NCBI GenBank assembly: GCA_002070205.1 | Contig: MWCU01000023.1 | Coordinates: forward strand, 6,671-70,670 | From: Firmicutes bacterium ADurb.Bin182 | GTDB lineage: Bacteria > Bacillota > Clostridia > Christensenellales > CAG-138 | Reading direction: 5' to 3' | Length of the DNA stretch: 64,000 bases | In this document: positions 35,213-44,541 of the stretch, in pieces | Position numbering within the stretch: the first letter of the stretch is position 1 | How the letters are laid out: the number at the start of each line of letters is the position of its first letter | Translations under genes and position numbers: made by a program | Notes under the pieces: generated by a model | Told to the model about the DNA's origin: nothing | Databases searched by the model: none | The model's input: only the letters and a program-made list of their open reading frames with translations

Positions 35213-36421
35213 ATGGCAAAAATCAGAATGGCTAACCCCATCGTCGAGATGGACGGCGACGAAATGACGAGGATCATATGGAAGCTTATAAAAGATGAAC
35301 TGCTGCTGCCGTTCGTTGATCTTAACACCGAGTATTATGATCTCGGGCTTCAAAGACGCGATGAGACTCTGGACCGCATAACCCACGAAGCCGGCAATGC
35401 CATCAAAAAGCACGGGGTCGGCGTGAAATGCGCTACCATCACGCCAAATGCGCAAAGGATGACGGAGTATAATCTTAAAGAGATGTGGAAGAGCCCGAAC
35501 GGCACTATCCGCTCCATATTGGACGGCACTGTGTTCAGAGCTCCTATTCTTATCGATTCTATCAAGCCCGTAGTCAAGAACTGGAAAAAGCCCATAACGA
35601 TAGCCCGTCATGCTTACGGCGACGTATACAAGGCGACTGAACACCGCGTGACGGAAAAGGGCAAAGCTGAGCTCCTGTTCACCGGAGAAAGCGGGACTCA
35701 ATGGCGCGAAACCGTTTATGATTTCGAGTGCCCGGGAGTCATCCAGGGGATGTTCAACAAGGATTCTTCAATAAAATCCTTCGCTCACGCCTGCTTCAAG
35801 TATGCTATCGCTACAAAGCAAAGCCTCTGGTTCTCTACGAAGGATACCATCTCCAAAAAATACGACCATACGTTCAAAGAGCTGTTCCAGCAGATTTACG
35901 AAACGGAGTATAAAGCGAAATTCGAAGAACTGGGGCTTGAATATTTCTATACGCTTATAGACGACGCCGTAGCGCGCGTTATTCGTTCGGAAGGCGGATA
36001 CATTTGGGCATGCAAAAACTACGACGGCGACGTTATGAGCGATATGGTCAGCACGGCGTTCGGCTCGCTTGCCATGATGACCAGCGTGCTAGTTAGCCCC
36101 GACGGCAACTTTGAGTATGAGGCGGCCCACGGAACGGTCACCAAGCATTACTACAAATACCTAAAGGGCGAGGAAACGTCCACCAATCCCATGGCGACCA
36201 TTTACGCGTGGAGCGGGGCGCTAAGAAAGCGCGGCGAGATGGATAACAACAAGGAACTGACGGATTTCGCGGATAAGCTTGAAAAAGCCTGCATCGATAC
36301 GTTGAACGCGGGAATAATGACAAAGGACCTCGTCGGTCTTGTCGAGGAAGGCAATCCGCAGGCCGTCAACACATTGACATTCATCAAGGAGATAAGGAAG
36401 AGGCTGGAGAAGACGGTCTGA
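35213..36421 (+). CDS. icd: NADP-dependent isocitrate dehydrogenase (subfamily II, eukaryote-like, about 400 aa)
   Basis: NPIVEMDGDEMTRIIW, TITPNAQR..., NYDGDVMSD, GTVTKHY. Confidence 0.9.
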   Translation: MAKIRMANPIVEMDGDEMTRIIWKLIKDELLLPFVDLNTEYYDLGLQRRDETLDRITHEAGNAIKKHGVGVKCATITPNAQRMTEYNLKEMWKSPNGTIRSILDGTVFRAPILIDSIKPVVKNWKKPITIARHAYGDVYKATEHRVTEKGKAELLFTGESGTQWRETVYDFECPGVIQGMFNKDSSIKSFAHACFKYAIATKQSLWFSTKDTISKKYDHTFKELFQQIYETEYKAKFEELGLEYFYTLIDDAVARVIRSEGGYIWACKNYDGDVMSDMVSTAFGSLAMMTSVLVSPDGNFEYEAAHGTVTKHYYKYLKGEETSTNPMATIYAWSGALRKRGEMDNNKELTDFADKLEKACIDTLNAGIMTKDLVGLVEEGNPQAVNTLTFIKEIRKRLEKTV

Positions 36422-36429
36422 AAAGAGCT

Positions 36430-37056
36430 TTAATTTCCGCGGGCGCAGGCACAAAGCGCGTAGACTTTGCCTGCGCCCGCTTTTTTTAAGACTTTCGCGC
36501 ATTCGGACAGCGTGCTCCCAGTCGTTATAACGTCATCGATAAGCACTATATCGAGTCCCTTGACGTTCGATAAAACCGAGAACGCGCCTTTTACGTTCTT
36601 TTCGCGCTGTTTGTGGGACAGCTTTGTTTGAGTCCCGGTATCCCTCGTTCTGGCTATGATATGCGGATCGAAGCGGATATTCTCGCGCTCTGCTATCTTT
36701 TTTGCCAAAAGCTCGCTTTGGTTGTAACCTCTCTGCCGCTGTCTGTTCTTATGAAGGGGCACGGGAACTATCACGTCTATCTTTTTATCGGGAACCTTCA
36801 TATATGAAATAAAAAACGAAGTCAGGTATTTCCCGTTGTTATATTTGAAGCGGTGAAGACAGGGGCCTGTCAATTCATCATATATAAGTCCCGCCGATAT
36901 TCCGTCTACATGCGGAATGAGCGGAAGCTCGGGACAGACTCTTACCTCTTTTTCACATCCTGAACATATGCCCCGTTCGTTGACGACAGCCTCGTTCCCG
37001 CATAAATGGCAGACGAGGTTTTCGGGGAAAAGCAGATCCAGTATTTTGTTAAGCAT
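36430..37056 (-). CDS. comFC: ComF-family phosphoribosyltransferase-domain protein (ComFC)
   Basis: N-terminal C-x2-C ... C-x2-C zinc finger, and the PRT motif IVLIDDVITTGSTL. Confidence 0.8.
   Translation of the reverse strand: MLNKILDLLFPENLVCHLCGNEAVVNERGICSGCEKEVRVCPELPLIPHVDGISAGLIYDELTGPCLHRFKYNNGKYLTSFFISYMKVPDKKIDVIVPVPLHKNRQRQRGYNQSELLAKKIAERENIRFDPHIIARTRDTGTQTKLSHKQREKNVKGAFSVLSNVKGLDIVLIDDVITTGSTLSECAKVLKKAGAGKVYALCACARGN
36439..36487 (+). terminator. Rho-independent terminator of icd (overlaps the 3' end of the convergent comFC)
   Basis: GCGGGCGCAGGC (36439-36450) pairs perfectly with GCCTGCGCCCGC (36469-36480), followed by TTTTTTT. Confidence 0.7.
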
Positions 37057-39279
37057 TTACAGTTCCCCCGATGCCGAAGCGGATTCACTGAGGAAATACT
37101 GAAGCGAACTGTACCGTTTCCTTGTCAGATTGTTGTTTACCATTTGAGCGACGCTCTCGCGCTTTCCTAAGATATACACCCGCTCTTTTGCCCTGGTTAT
37201 GGCGGTGTATAAAAGGTTTCTTGTCATGAGCATCGGAGGGCCCCCTGCAAGGGGCAGAACGGCGACCGTAAACTCGCTGCCCTGGCTTTTGTGAATGGAT
37301 ACGCAGTACGCGAGCTCCAGTTCGTCAAGTTGAGTGAAATCGTAGCACACCAGCCGTTCGTCGTCAAAAAGCACGTTCATTTCGTGCTGATCCTGATCTA
37401 TGCTTATTATTGTTCCGATGTCGCCGTTGAAAACGCCGGCTCCTTCTTCGGATGCTTTTCCGTCCGCATTTTTGATCCATTCCGTCCGGTAGTTGTTTTT
37501 TATCTGCATGACTTTATCGCCTTCTCGAAACAGCGTGTCGCCGAATGTTTTTTCGGTTTTTCTCCCGTCCGGCGGATTTAGCGCCGCCTGAATGCGTACA
37601 TTCAGGTTTTTTACGCCCAGCATGCCCTTTTTCATGGGTGAGAGCACCTGAATATCCTTCATGGGGTCGAAAGACGAATTCCTCGAAGCGCCCTTCAACA
37701 GCCTTATAACTTCATTCATGATATCCTCCGGCCTGTCGATTTGCAAAAACCGAAAGTCAGAGTCCGGCTTGTTCAGTATGGGCTGGCGGCCTTTGTTGAC
37801 CCTGTGGGCGTTATGTACGATAAGGCTGTTTTCTTCCTGCCTGTATATTTCGTTGAGCCTTACGACCGGGATTTCGCCGCTCATGCAGATATCCCTCAAA
37901 ACGTTTCCCGCCCCGACGGGCGGCAGCTGGTCCGCGTCGCCGACCATAATAAGGCGCGTATCGGGGTGCAGGGCCCTGAGCAGCGAGTGCATGAGCGGAG
38001 CGTCGACCATAGACATCTCGTCGACTATCACCGCGTCGGACAAAACGGGATTATCTTCATTGCGCGAAAATCCGTCCGCGGCAAAACCGTACTCAAGCAG
38101 TCTGTGTATTGTGCGCGCTTCAAAGCCCGTCGCTTCGGTCATCCGCTTCGCGGCCCTTCCCGTCGGGGCGCAGAGCTCAAAATCCATTCCGAGCTTGGTC
38201 ATGATTTGTATAATGAATCGCAATATCGTGGTCTTTCCCGTTCCGGGGCCTCCCGTGATAACCAGAGCTCCTTCGGTAAGCGCCATGAATACCGCGTCAC
38301 GCTGCTGTCCGGCGAGCTCCATATCCCATTCTTTCTCAAGCTTGTGAAGTTCGTCTTTTACGTTTATAAACGGATTTTCCACAAGCGGTTTAGCCGCCGC
38401 AAGCAAACGCTTCGCCAAATCGCTTTCTATATAATGGAAAAATGGCAGGAATACCGCATCCGTTCCGTCGATCGTTTTTGATATGAACTCTGTCTGCTCC
38501 AGCATTTTTTCAAGTATGTTTTCAATCTTTGCAAGGTCGCATTCCAGAGTTTCCCGAGCGAGCTCAACAAGCTTTTCCCTCGGCAGGTATGTATGGCCTT
38601 CTCTTCCGACCCACGAAAGCACGTATTTGAGCCCGGCCCTGATCCTGAAAGGAGACTCGTGCTCCACACCCGCTTTCAATGCTATCTTGTCGGCGGTTTT
38701 AAAGCCGATGCTCTCCACGTCGTCTATAAGGCTGTAGGGGTTTTCCCTGATGCGGGCTATGCAAAGCGGCCCGTAAAGCTTATACAGCTTTACCGCCTGG
38801 TTGACTGTAACGCCGTACTCCTGAAGGGCTATCATGATGTCCCGCATGTCCCTCTGCTTCCGGAAGGATTCGATTATCATCGCGGCCCGCATTTTCCCTA
38901 TACCCGCGACTTCCGTCAGCCTTTCGGGCGTATTCTCCATTACGCTGAGCGTATCCATACCGAAGCACTGCACGATGCTTCTTGCGGTAGATTCGCCGAC
39001 TCCGCGAATCAAGCCGCTGGATAGGTAATTTTCAAGCGCACGAAGCGTTGCGGGCGCCAGCGTACGGCAGGAATCTGCTTTAAACTGAGAGCCGTATACT
39101 TTGTGATCGGTCCACTCTCCCGTAAGTTCGATCCGCTCGCCGAGGCCGGCCAAAGTCAGCGGGCCCACGGCCACGATTTCTTCGCCTTGCTCGTCGGTAA
39201 GCTCCAATACGGTGAAACCGTTTTCTTCGTTTCTGTAAATTATGTTTTTAACAGTTCCGTTCAGTTCCATTGCCTTCAC
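37057..39279 (-). CDS. recD2: RecD2-type SF1B ATP-dependent DNA helicase
   Basis: ITGGPGTGKTT (Walker A), VIVDEMSMVD (Walker B), GDADQLPPVGAG, SIHKSQGSEF, LLYTAITRAK. The N-terminus has an OB/HhH region. Confidence 0.85.
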   Translation of the reverse strand: MKAMELNGTVKNIIYRNEENGFTVLELTDEQGEEIVAVGPLTLAGLGERIELTGEWTDHKVYGSQFKADSCRTLAPATLRALENYLSSGLIRGVGESTARSIVQCFGMDTLSVMENTPERLTEVAGIGKMRAAMIIESFRKQRDMRDIMIALQEYGVTVNQAVKLYKLYGPLCIARIRENPYSLIDDVESIGFKTADKIALKAGVEHESPFRIRAGLKYVLSWVGREGHTYLPREKLVELARETLECDLAKIENILEKMLEQTEFISKTIDGTDAVFLPFFHYIESDLAKRLLAAAKPLVENPFINVKDELHKLEKEWDMELAGQQRDAVFMALTEGALVITGGPGTGKTTILRFIIQIMTKLGMDFELCAPTGRAAKRMTEATGFEARTIHRLLEYGFAADGFSRNEDNPVLSDAVIVDEMSMVDAPLMHSLLRALHPDTRLIMVGDADQLPPVGAGNVLRDICMSGEIPVVRLNEIYRQEENSLIVHNAHRVNKGRQPILNKPDSDFRFLQIDRPEDIMNEVIRLLKGASRNSSFDPMKDIQVLSPMKKGMLGVKNLNVRIQAALNPPDGRKTEKTFGDTLFREGDKVMQIKNNYRTEWIKNADGKASEEGAGVFNGDIGTIISIDQDQHEMNVLFDDERLVCYDFTQLDELELAYCVSIHKSQGSEFTVAVLPLAGGPPMLMTRNLLYTAITRAKERVYILGKRESVAQMVNNNLTRKRYSSLQYFLSESASASGEL

Positions 39280-39437
39280 ATTTTACCATATTGGAACGCC
39301 GTTTACAAACTTCGAAGGAATGAGTGGATAAGTGAGTATCGCAATAAACGATCAACGAATAACGATTGACCTGTGTGTTTTCCAACCGGCGTCCTCTGTG
39401 TTATACTTATTTAAATCAATATATGCGGAGGATCAAA

Positions 39438-40127
39438 ATGACCGGAGCAAAAATACTTGTCGCGGATGATGACAAAGTCGTTCACGAAGCGCTGGGCATA
39501 TACCTTAAAGCGGAGGGATTCGAGCCCGTTGACGTATTCGACGGAAACGAGGCGCTTTCAAAAATCAATACGACGGATATTTCGCTGTGCGTGCTCGACA
39601 TAATGATGCCGGGCGTTTCCGGAATAGAGGTATGCAAGGAGATACGAAAAACTTCGAGGCTGCCGGTTATAATGCTGACTGCAAAAGGCGAAGAGATCGA
39701 CAGGATCATAGGGCTCGAGCTCGGCGCCGACGATTATATAGTAAAGCCTTTCAGCCCCCGGGAGGTCGTCGCGAGGATAAAGGCGGTGCTCAGACGCACT
39801 CAGGAGCAGCAGGAAGGCAATGAGGAAGGAATAATAAAGCACGATGAGCTCGTAATCGATATGAAAAGCTACACCGTAATTTTAAGGGGGCAGCCCGTCG
39901 TCTGCACGCCGAAGGAGATCGAAATACTTTATTTACTCGCATCAAACCCGGGAAACGTTTTCACAAGGGAACAGCTACTCAATAAAGTCTGGGGCTATGA
40001 TTTTGCAGGCGAGACCCGTACGGTGGATACGCATATCAAAAGGATACGGGCGAAACTCAACAATGCCAACCTCAACTGGAGCATAAAAACGATTTACGGG
40101 GTGGGCTATAAGTTCGAGGTCGACTGA
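39438..40127 (+). CDS. OmpR/PhoB-family response regulator
   Basis: ILVADDD...LDIMMPG (receiver Asp), LTAKG, and the winged helix TVDTHIKRIRAKL...GVGYKF. The start follows GGAGG. Confidence 0.9.
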   Translation: MTGAKILVADDDKVVHEALGIYLKAEGFEPVDVFDGNEALSKINTTDISLCVLDIMMPGVSGIEVCKEIRKTSRLPVIMLTAKGEEIDRIIGLELGADDYIVKPFSPREVVARIKAVLRRTQEQQEGNEEGIIKHDELVIDMKSYTVILRGQPVVCTPKEIEILYLLASNPGNVFTREQLLNKVWGYDFAGETRTVDTHIKRIRAKLNNANLNWSIKTIYGVGYKFEVD

Positions 40128-42055
40128 TGAAAAGCGTGTTCCTTCGAAGGTTGTTTTTAATGCTCGTGGTTACGATGCTGTTCGCAGCCTTGTTCATGGC
40201 AATCGGGTTTATATTTCTGAGCCGTGATACCTACGAGAAGATGAAGCTTTCGGAAATGCTGCCGAAAGCCCGGGCTCTTGACCAGCTTTATCGCGAATAT
40301 GAATCCGGGAATCTCAACGAGGACACGTTCTTTCGCCTCGCGGATAAATTGATGGCTGCCGCGAATGCAGATACCCTTATTACGGACAGCAGGGGAAATG
40401 TTATCTATCTTAATAAAACGGGCGAAGGGCAAAGCGGGCCCGAAGCGGCGGATTCCATAAAGGACCTTATCCAGAATGTGTTGGAAGGAAATACCGTTCA
40501 AACCCGGGCGGAGCTTTTCGATAATCGCAGCGTCCTTTTGGTCGGCATACCCATCACCGGTATTGACGGGGCGGTGAGGGGCTCGGTGTTCATTATAAAG
40601 TCCTATTCCGAGATCGCGCTTGCTACGGGAAGGTTCAATTCCGCTCTGTTGCTTGCGATAGCGGTCGTGAGCCCCGTTGTGATTTTGTTATCGGCGCTCG
40701 GAATAAGGAGAATAACGGAACCGCTTCACAATATGGCTATAGCGGCCATCGAAATGTCCAGAGGCGACTTTAAAGTCAGGGTAAACGAAAACGAGAGCGG
40801 GGAAATAGGCCTTCTTGCCCGCGCGCTGAACAACCTGTGCGATACGCTCTCCCAAACGATATTTCATCTTCGCGCGGAAAAGGGGCAGCTCAACAAGATT
40901 TTGCAAAGCCTTACCGACGGCGTTGCAGCTACGGACGAGCTCGGCCTTCTGACTCATTATAACGCCGCGCTTATGAAGATGTTCGGCGCGGTCGTCGTGA
41001 ATAAACGCGAGGACCTTATTAAGGACGCGTCGGTATGGAAGGCGTTCGACAGAGTGTTTGAAACCGGAGAGCAGCAAACGATAAGATATTCGCTGCCTGC
41101 GAATAAAAAGCTCTGGATTACGATATCCCCGGTCGTAACGGAAGAAAACGTCATAATGGGAGTTGTCGGCCTTTTTAAGGACATGTCCGAAATGGAGCGC
41201 ATTGAATGCATGCAAAGCGAATATATAGCGAACATATCCCATGAGCTTCGCTCCCCGCTTACCGCGGTCAGGGGGCTTTTGGAGCCTTTATCGGATAATA
41301 TGATAAAGGATGAAGAGACCCGCCAGCGCTACTATAAAATCATGCTGCGGGAGGTGATGCGGCTTACCCGATTGATCAGCGACATGATGATGATTAGCCG
41401 CCTGCAGGCGGGAACGGAATACATGGAGCTTAAAAGGGTGGATGTGGACGAGCTGGTGAACGATATGGCGCAAGGCTACGTCAACGCAGCCGCCTCGAAG
41501 GGGATCGCTCTTCATGTGGATGCGCCCGATATGCCGGACGCGCTGACCGATCCGGACAGAGTGGAGCAGGTCCTTGTCATACTGCTCGACAACGCCATGC
41601 GCTTTACGGAAAAAGGCGGAAGCATAACCGTCAAAGTCGAAGACGGAGAACGCCTCCTGGTAAGCGTATGCGATACCGGCTGCGGCATCATGCCCGAGGA
41701 CCTTCCGCATGTGTTTGAAAGGTTTTATAAGGCGAATAAATCGCGCAGCGATGAAGGCACGGGGCTCGGCCTTTCAATAGCGAAGTTCATTATGGATAAG
41801 CTGGGGGAAACGATTACGGTCGAAAGCGAGCCCGGCAAAGGAGCCTGCTTCACGTTTACGCTCAAAAAGTTCGTCGCAAACGCCATCGCGCTGGGTCCTG
41901 CGATGCAGGAGCAGGAAAAAAAGTTTGCGGCCGGGGATGTTTTGAAGCCGGAAACCTCCGGACCTGCCGGAAAGGCGGGCAGAAGCGCTCAGGACGCTCC
42001 TTACGAAGTGATTGAAAAGAAAAACCGGATAAAAAAGAAAGGCCGGGAATCATGA
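40127..42055 (+). CDS. Sensor histidine kinase (TM-sensor-TM, HAMP, PAS-like, HisKA, HATPase_c)
   Basis: H-box SHELRSPLT, N-box LLDNAMRF, G-boxes DTGCGI and GTGLGLSI. Overlaps the response-regulator stop (ATGA). Confidence 0.9.
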   Translation: MKSVFLRRLFLMLVVTMLFAALFMAIGFIFLSRDTYEKMKLSEMLPKARALDQLYREYESGNLNEDTFFRLADKLMAAANADTLITDSRGNVIYLNKTGEGQSGPEAADSIKDLIQNVLEGNTVQTRAELFDNRSVLLVGIPITGIDGAVRGSVFIIKSYSEIALATGRFNSALLLAIAVVSPVVILLSALGIRRITEPLHNMAIAAIEMSRGDFKVRVNENESGEIGLLARALNNLCDTLSQTIFHLRAEKGQLNKILQSLTDGVAATDELGLLTHYNAALMKMFGAVVVNKREDLIKDASVWKAFDRVFETGEQQTIRYSLPANKKLWITISPVVTEENVIMGVVGLFKDMSEMERIECMQSEYIANISHELRSPLTAVRGLLEPLSDNMIKDEETRQRYYKIMLREVMRLTRLISDMMMISRLQAGTEYMELKRVDVDELVNDMAQGYVNAAASKGIALHVDAPDMPDALTDPDRVEQVLVILLDNAMRFTEKGGSITVKVEDGERLLVSVCDTGCGIMPEDLPHVFERFYKANKSRSDEGTGLGLSIAKFIMDKLGETITVESEPGKGACFTFTLKKFVANAIALGPAMQEQEKKFAAGDVLKPETSGPAGKAGRSAQDAPYEVIEKKNRIKKKGRES

Positions 42056-42933
42056 GAGGCTGCAGGCTGTGTCCTAGAGAATGCGGGGCGGACAGGGAAA
42101 ACCAAAAAGGAGCCTGCGGATGCGGAAAGAATCCCTTTGTTGCGAGGGCGGCTCTGCACATGTGGGAGGAGCCTTGCATCAGCGGGTCAAACGGTTCGGG
42201 CGCGATTTTTTTTTGCGGCTGCAATCTCAAATGCGTATTTTGCCAGAATCACGAGATAAGCAGAAAAGAGGCCGGCAGGGAGTTCGATTCGGACGACGTT
42301 GCGGAGCTTATGCTGCGCATGCAGGATCTTGGCGCGCACAACGTGAATCTCGTCACGCCTTCCGTGCATGCGCTCACCCTTGTCAAATCGATTGACAAAG
42401 CAAAGGGGAACGGGCTAAAAATACCCGTCGTATACAATACGAACGCTTATGAAAAAACAGAGACGCTGAGGCTTTTCAAGGGCCTCGTGGATATATACCT
42501 TCCGGATTTAAAGTATGTCAGCAGCACAGTCTCGTGCAAATACAGCAGCGCCGCCGACTATTTCAGCTTTGCCGCGCCTGCTGTGATGGAAATGTTCGAC
42601 CAATGCGGTCCGCTTAAGCTGTCTGAGGACGGCATAGCTCAAAAGGGGCTGATTATACGGCATCTCGTATTGCCGGGCTCCGTGGATGAGACACGGAAGG
42701 TGCTTGATTTTATAGCTTCAAACCTTCCTTTGAATACGGCTATCTCCTTGATGAGCCAGTATACGCCGGTATTTGACGATCTGCCCGCGCCGCTGAACAG
42801 AAAGCTCACGGCAAGGGAGTACGACAGAGCTGTGGATCATTGCATAACGCTCGGGCTTGACAATGTGCTTATCCAAACCGGCGGCTGCTGCGAAAAAACG
42901 TTCATACCCGAATTCAACGGGTATTATGAATAA
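42052..42933 (+). CDS. Radical SAM protein (PflX-like activase family)
   Basis: GCNLKCVFCQN is the C-x3-C-x2-C radical SAM cluster motif. An N-terminal Cys-rich segment (CRLCPRECG) is also present. Confidence 0.8.
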   Translation: MRGCRLCPRECGADRENQKGACGCGKNPFVARAALHMWEEPCISGSNGSGAIFFCGCNLKCVFCQNHEISRKEAGREFDSDDVAELMLRMQDLGAHNVNLVTPSVHALTLVKSIDKAKGNGLKIPVVYNTNAYEKTETLRLFKGLVDIYLPDLKYVSSTVSCKYSSAADYFSFAAPAVMEMFDQCGPLKLSEDGIAQKGLIIRHLVLPGSVDETRKVLDFIASNLPLNTAISLMSQYTPVFDDLPAPLNRKLTAREYDRAVDHCITLGLDNVLIQTGGCCEKTFIPEFNGYYE

Positions 42934-43012
42934 AGTATTAATTTTGAAATAACGTTATATTTTGTGGAATAATATTGTTGTAACACACTATATTTAGTGA
43001 TATAATTAAAGC

Positions 43013-43182
43013 GTAAAAGGATATTGATAATCTCCGCCGTCCGGAAAGCAATGCGGTTTTCTTCATCAGTGTTCTTCCTCCTTACCTTCATTCATGAATC
43101 TCGTAATAATTGTACTCAATTGGACCCAAAACGCCGGACGGATTTGAACAGGAACAGCCAAACAAGCTGTTCCTGATTTTTT
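43013..43182 (+). ncRNA. Candidate small RNA of about 170 nt (orphan promoter plus terminator in a 390-bp intergenic region)
   Basis: TTGTAA (42978-42983), a 17-nt spacer, then TG-extended TATAAT (42998-43006). The terminator is CAGGAACAGC-caaacaa-GCTGTTCCTG (43149-43175) followed by ATTTTTT. There is long-range complementarity between CCGTCCGG (about 43036) and CCGGACGG (about 43134). No known RNA family was recognised. Confidence 0.25.
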
Positions 43183-43289
43183 GCTTCCGTTCGGAGCCTG
43201 CATAAGGAAGACGGATACCGGCGCCGTCCGGGACGCGGAGAAATAAATCCATATTCGGACCGGCAGTCTCTGTATTTTTCATGTATTGG

Positions 43290-43323
43290 AAAATCCTCCA
43301 TAAATATAGGAAGGGAGGATTTT
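43290..43323 (+). promoter_or_regulatory. Perfect 10-bp hairpin sequestering the Shine-Dalgarno sequence of the 43327 gene
   Basis: AAAATCCTCC (43290-43299) pairs with GGAGGATTTT (43314-43323). The right arm contains the GGAGG SD, 4 nt upstream of the ATG. Confidence 0.4.
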
Positions 43324-43326
43324 ATT

Positions 43327-44475
43327 ATGTCGCTTTTCAAACGGATCATATTCGCTTTTATCTCGGTGTGCGTTGCCGTATTCCTCGTTTGTTCTCCCGT
43401 TTATATATTTCAAGCGCTCGGGGAAAACAAATACAGGGAATGGCTGGAGGTAAAGCCGGAGCCATACAGCGGCATAATAACGCTTTGGCATATCGTGGGA
43501 TTCAAGCCTTATGAGGGAAGCGCCGGCAGCTGGCTTATCAAGCGGGCCAAGAAATTCGAAAAGAAATATAACGGGGTGTTCATTGAAGTTTTGTCTATGA
43601 CGGAAGAGGAAGCGGCTCAGCGCCTTGACCGGGGGGAGAAGCCGGATATGTATTCATTCGCGCTCGGCTGGAGCTATCCCGAAAGGTTCGTTCCTTTGGA
43701 GAATTTCGATTATCCGTTTATCGGAAACTTGAAGTCATGCGGCTATGCAAACGGAAGCTGTTATGCGGTGCCTTTCATGCTTTCGGGTTATCTGCTGCTT
43801 GTCAATGTCGAGCTGGCGCAGGAGCGGTCTCTGCCTTTGCCGAAGAAACCGGAGGATATAAGCCCGCAGTGGCTTGCCGAAGCGCAAAAGACATTGACGT
43901 TCTCGCGGGGAAAAAAGAAAGCACAAATCGCGGGACTCGCAGCGTCTCCCGAGATTGCTGCCTACACGGGAGCCGGAGCGGAAACCGCCGATCCCGAGGC
44001 TTTCAAAAGCAAGCAGGCCGCGATGGCGATAGCGGACTTGAGGTTTGCGGGTGACGTATCCCGGTCGCTCGAGGAAGGAAACGGTTTTTTGTTTGAGGCA
44101 TACCCAGTAACGTCATATACGAACCTTGTTCAGCTTATAGGAATCAGCCGCGATATTGATGAACGGGAAGCCGCGTACGCGAATGTGTTCATAGATATGC
44201 TGCTCGGCGAGCAGGCCCAGGCTTCGCTTGCCGAAATAGGCGCTCTTCCGGTCATCGAATTATCTGGAGAAACCGAAAAACCCGCTGCGCCCGGGCTTTC
44301 CGCCATGTTGGCGCCATGCATGGCGGAGCCGGTTGTCCCGAACGCTTTTCTGTATCAGAGGTATAAAACGGCGCTGACCGAAGCGGCGCTAAGGGCGCTT
44401 AAGGGGGACGAAGCCGGGAGGACCGAATTTGACGAACGCGTTAAAGAACTTGTTAAACCCGGTCCGATGGAGTAA
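43327..44475 (+). CDS. Hypothetical membrane-anchored extracytoplasmic protein (solute-binding-protein-like)
   Basis: N-terminal TM IIFAFISVCVAVFLV. The remainder is weakly reminiscent of ABC substrate-binding proteins. No firm motif. Confidence 0.5.
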   Translation: MSLFKRIIFAFISVCVAVFLVCSPVYIFQALGENKYREWLEVKPEPYSGIITLWHIVGFKPYEGSAGSWLIKRAKKFEKKYNGVFIEVLSMTEEEAAQRLDRGEKPDMYSFALGWSYPERFVPLENFDYPFIGNLKSCGYANGSCYAVPFMLSGYLLLVNVELAQERSLPLPKKPEDISPQWLAEAQKTLTFSRGKKKAQIAGLAASPEIAAYTGAGAETADPEAFKSKQAAMAIADLRFAGDVSRSLEEGNGFLFEAYPVTSYTNLVQLIGISRDIDEREAAYANVFIDMLLGEQAQASLAEIGALPVIELSGETEKPAAPGLSAMLAPCMAEPVVPNAFLYQRYKTALTEAALRALKGDEAGRTEFDERVKELVKPGPME

Positions 44476-44541
44476 AATCATATACAGGTTTAAATGCTAG
44501 CTGATAATCACTTTTCATGAGCGGGAGAGGCCAAAGCCGTT

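Noticed and set aside
34784-35701. A 305-aa minus-strand ORF spanning the aconitase/icd junction. Similar cases: 50973..51773 (-), 37661..38481 (+, two frames), 24203..24928 (-), 27098..27646 (-) and 40688..41242 (-)
   Set aside because: All lie antisense to genes with strong family signatures (acn/icd, pfkA, recD2, parM-like, int, histidine kinase). None has an RBS or a recognisable motif.
43190-43260. SRP-RNA-like (CTCCGAACGGAAGCAA, minus strand) and c-di-GMP-riboswitch-like (GGGACGC, plus strand) strings
   Set aside because: They are only short partial resemblances. The SRP helix-8 GNRA tetraloop and symmetric-loop context are absent, as are the GEMM GGCAAA...GGGACGCAAAGCC context and flanking helices.
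43088-43282. A 64-aa minus-strand ORF (MKNTETAGPN...) in the 42.9-43.3 kb intergenic gap
   Set aside because: The only SD-like sequence is 12 nt from the ATG. The sequence has no motif, and the ORF spans the plus-strand terminator hairpin. It is probably not coding.
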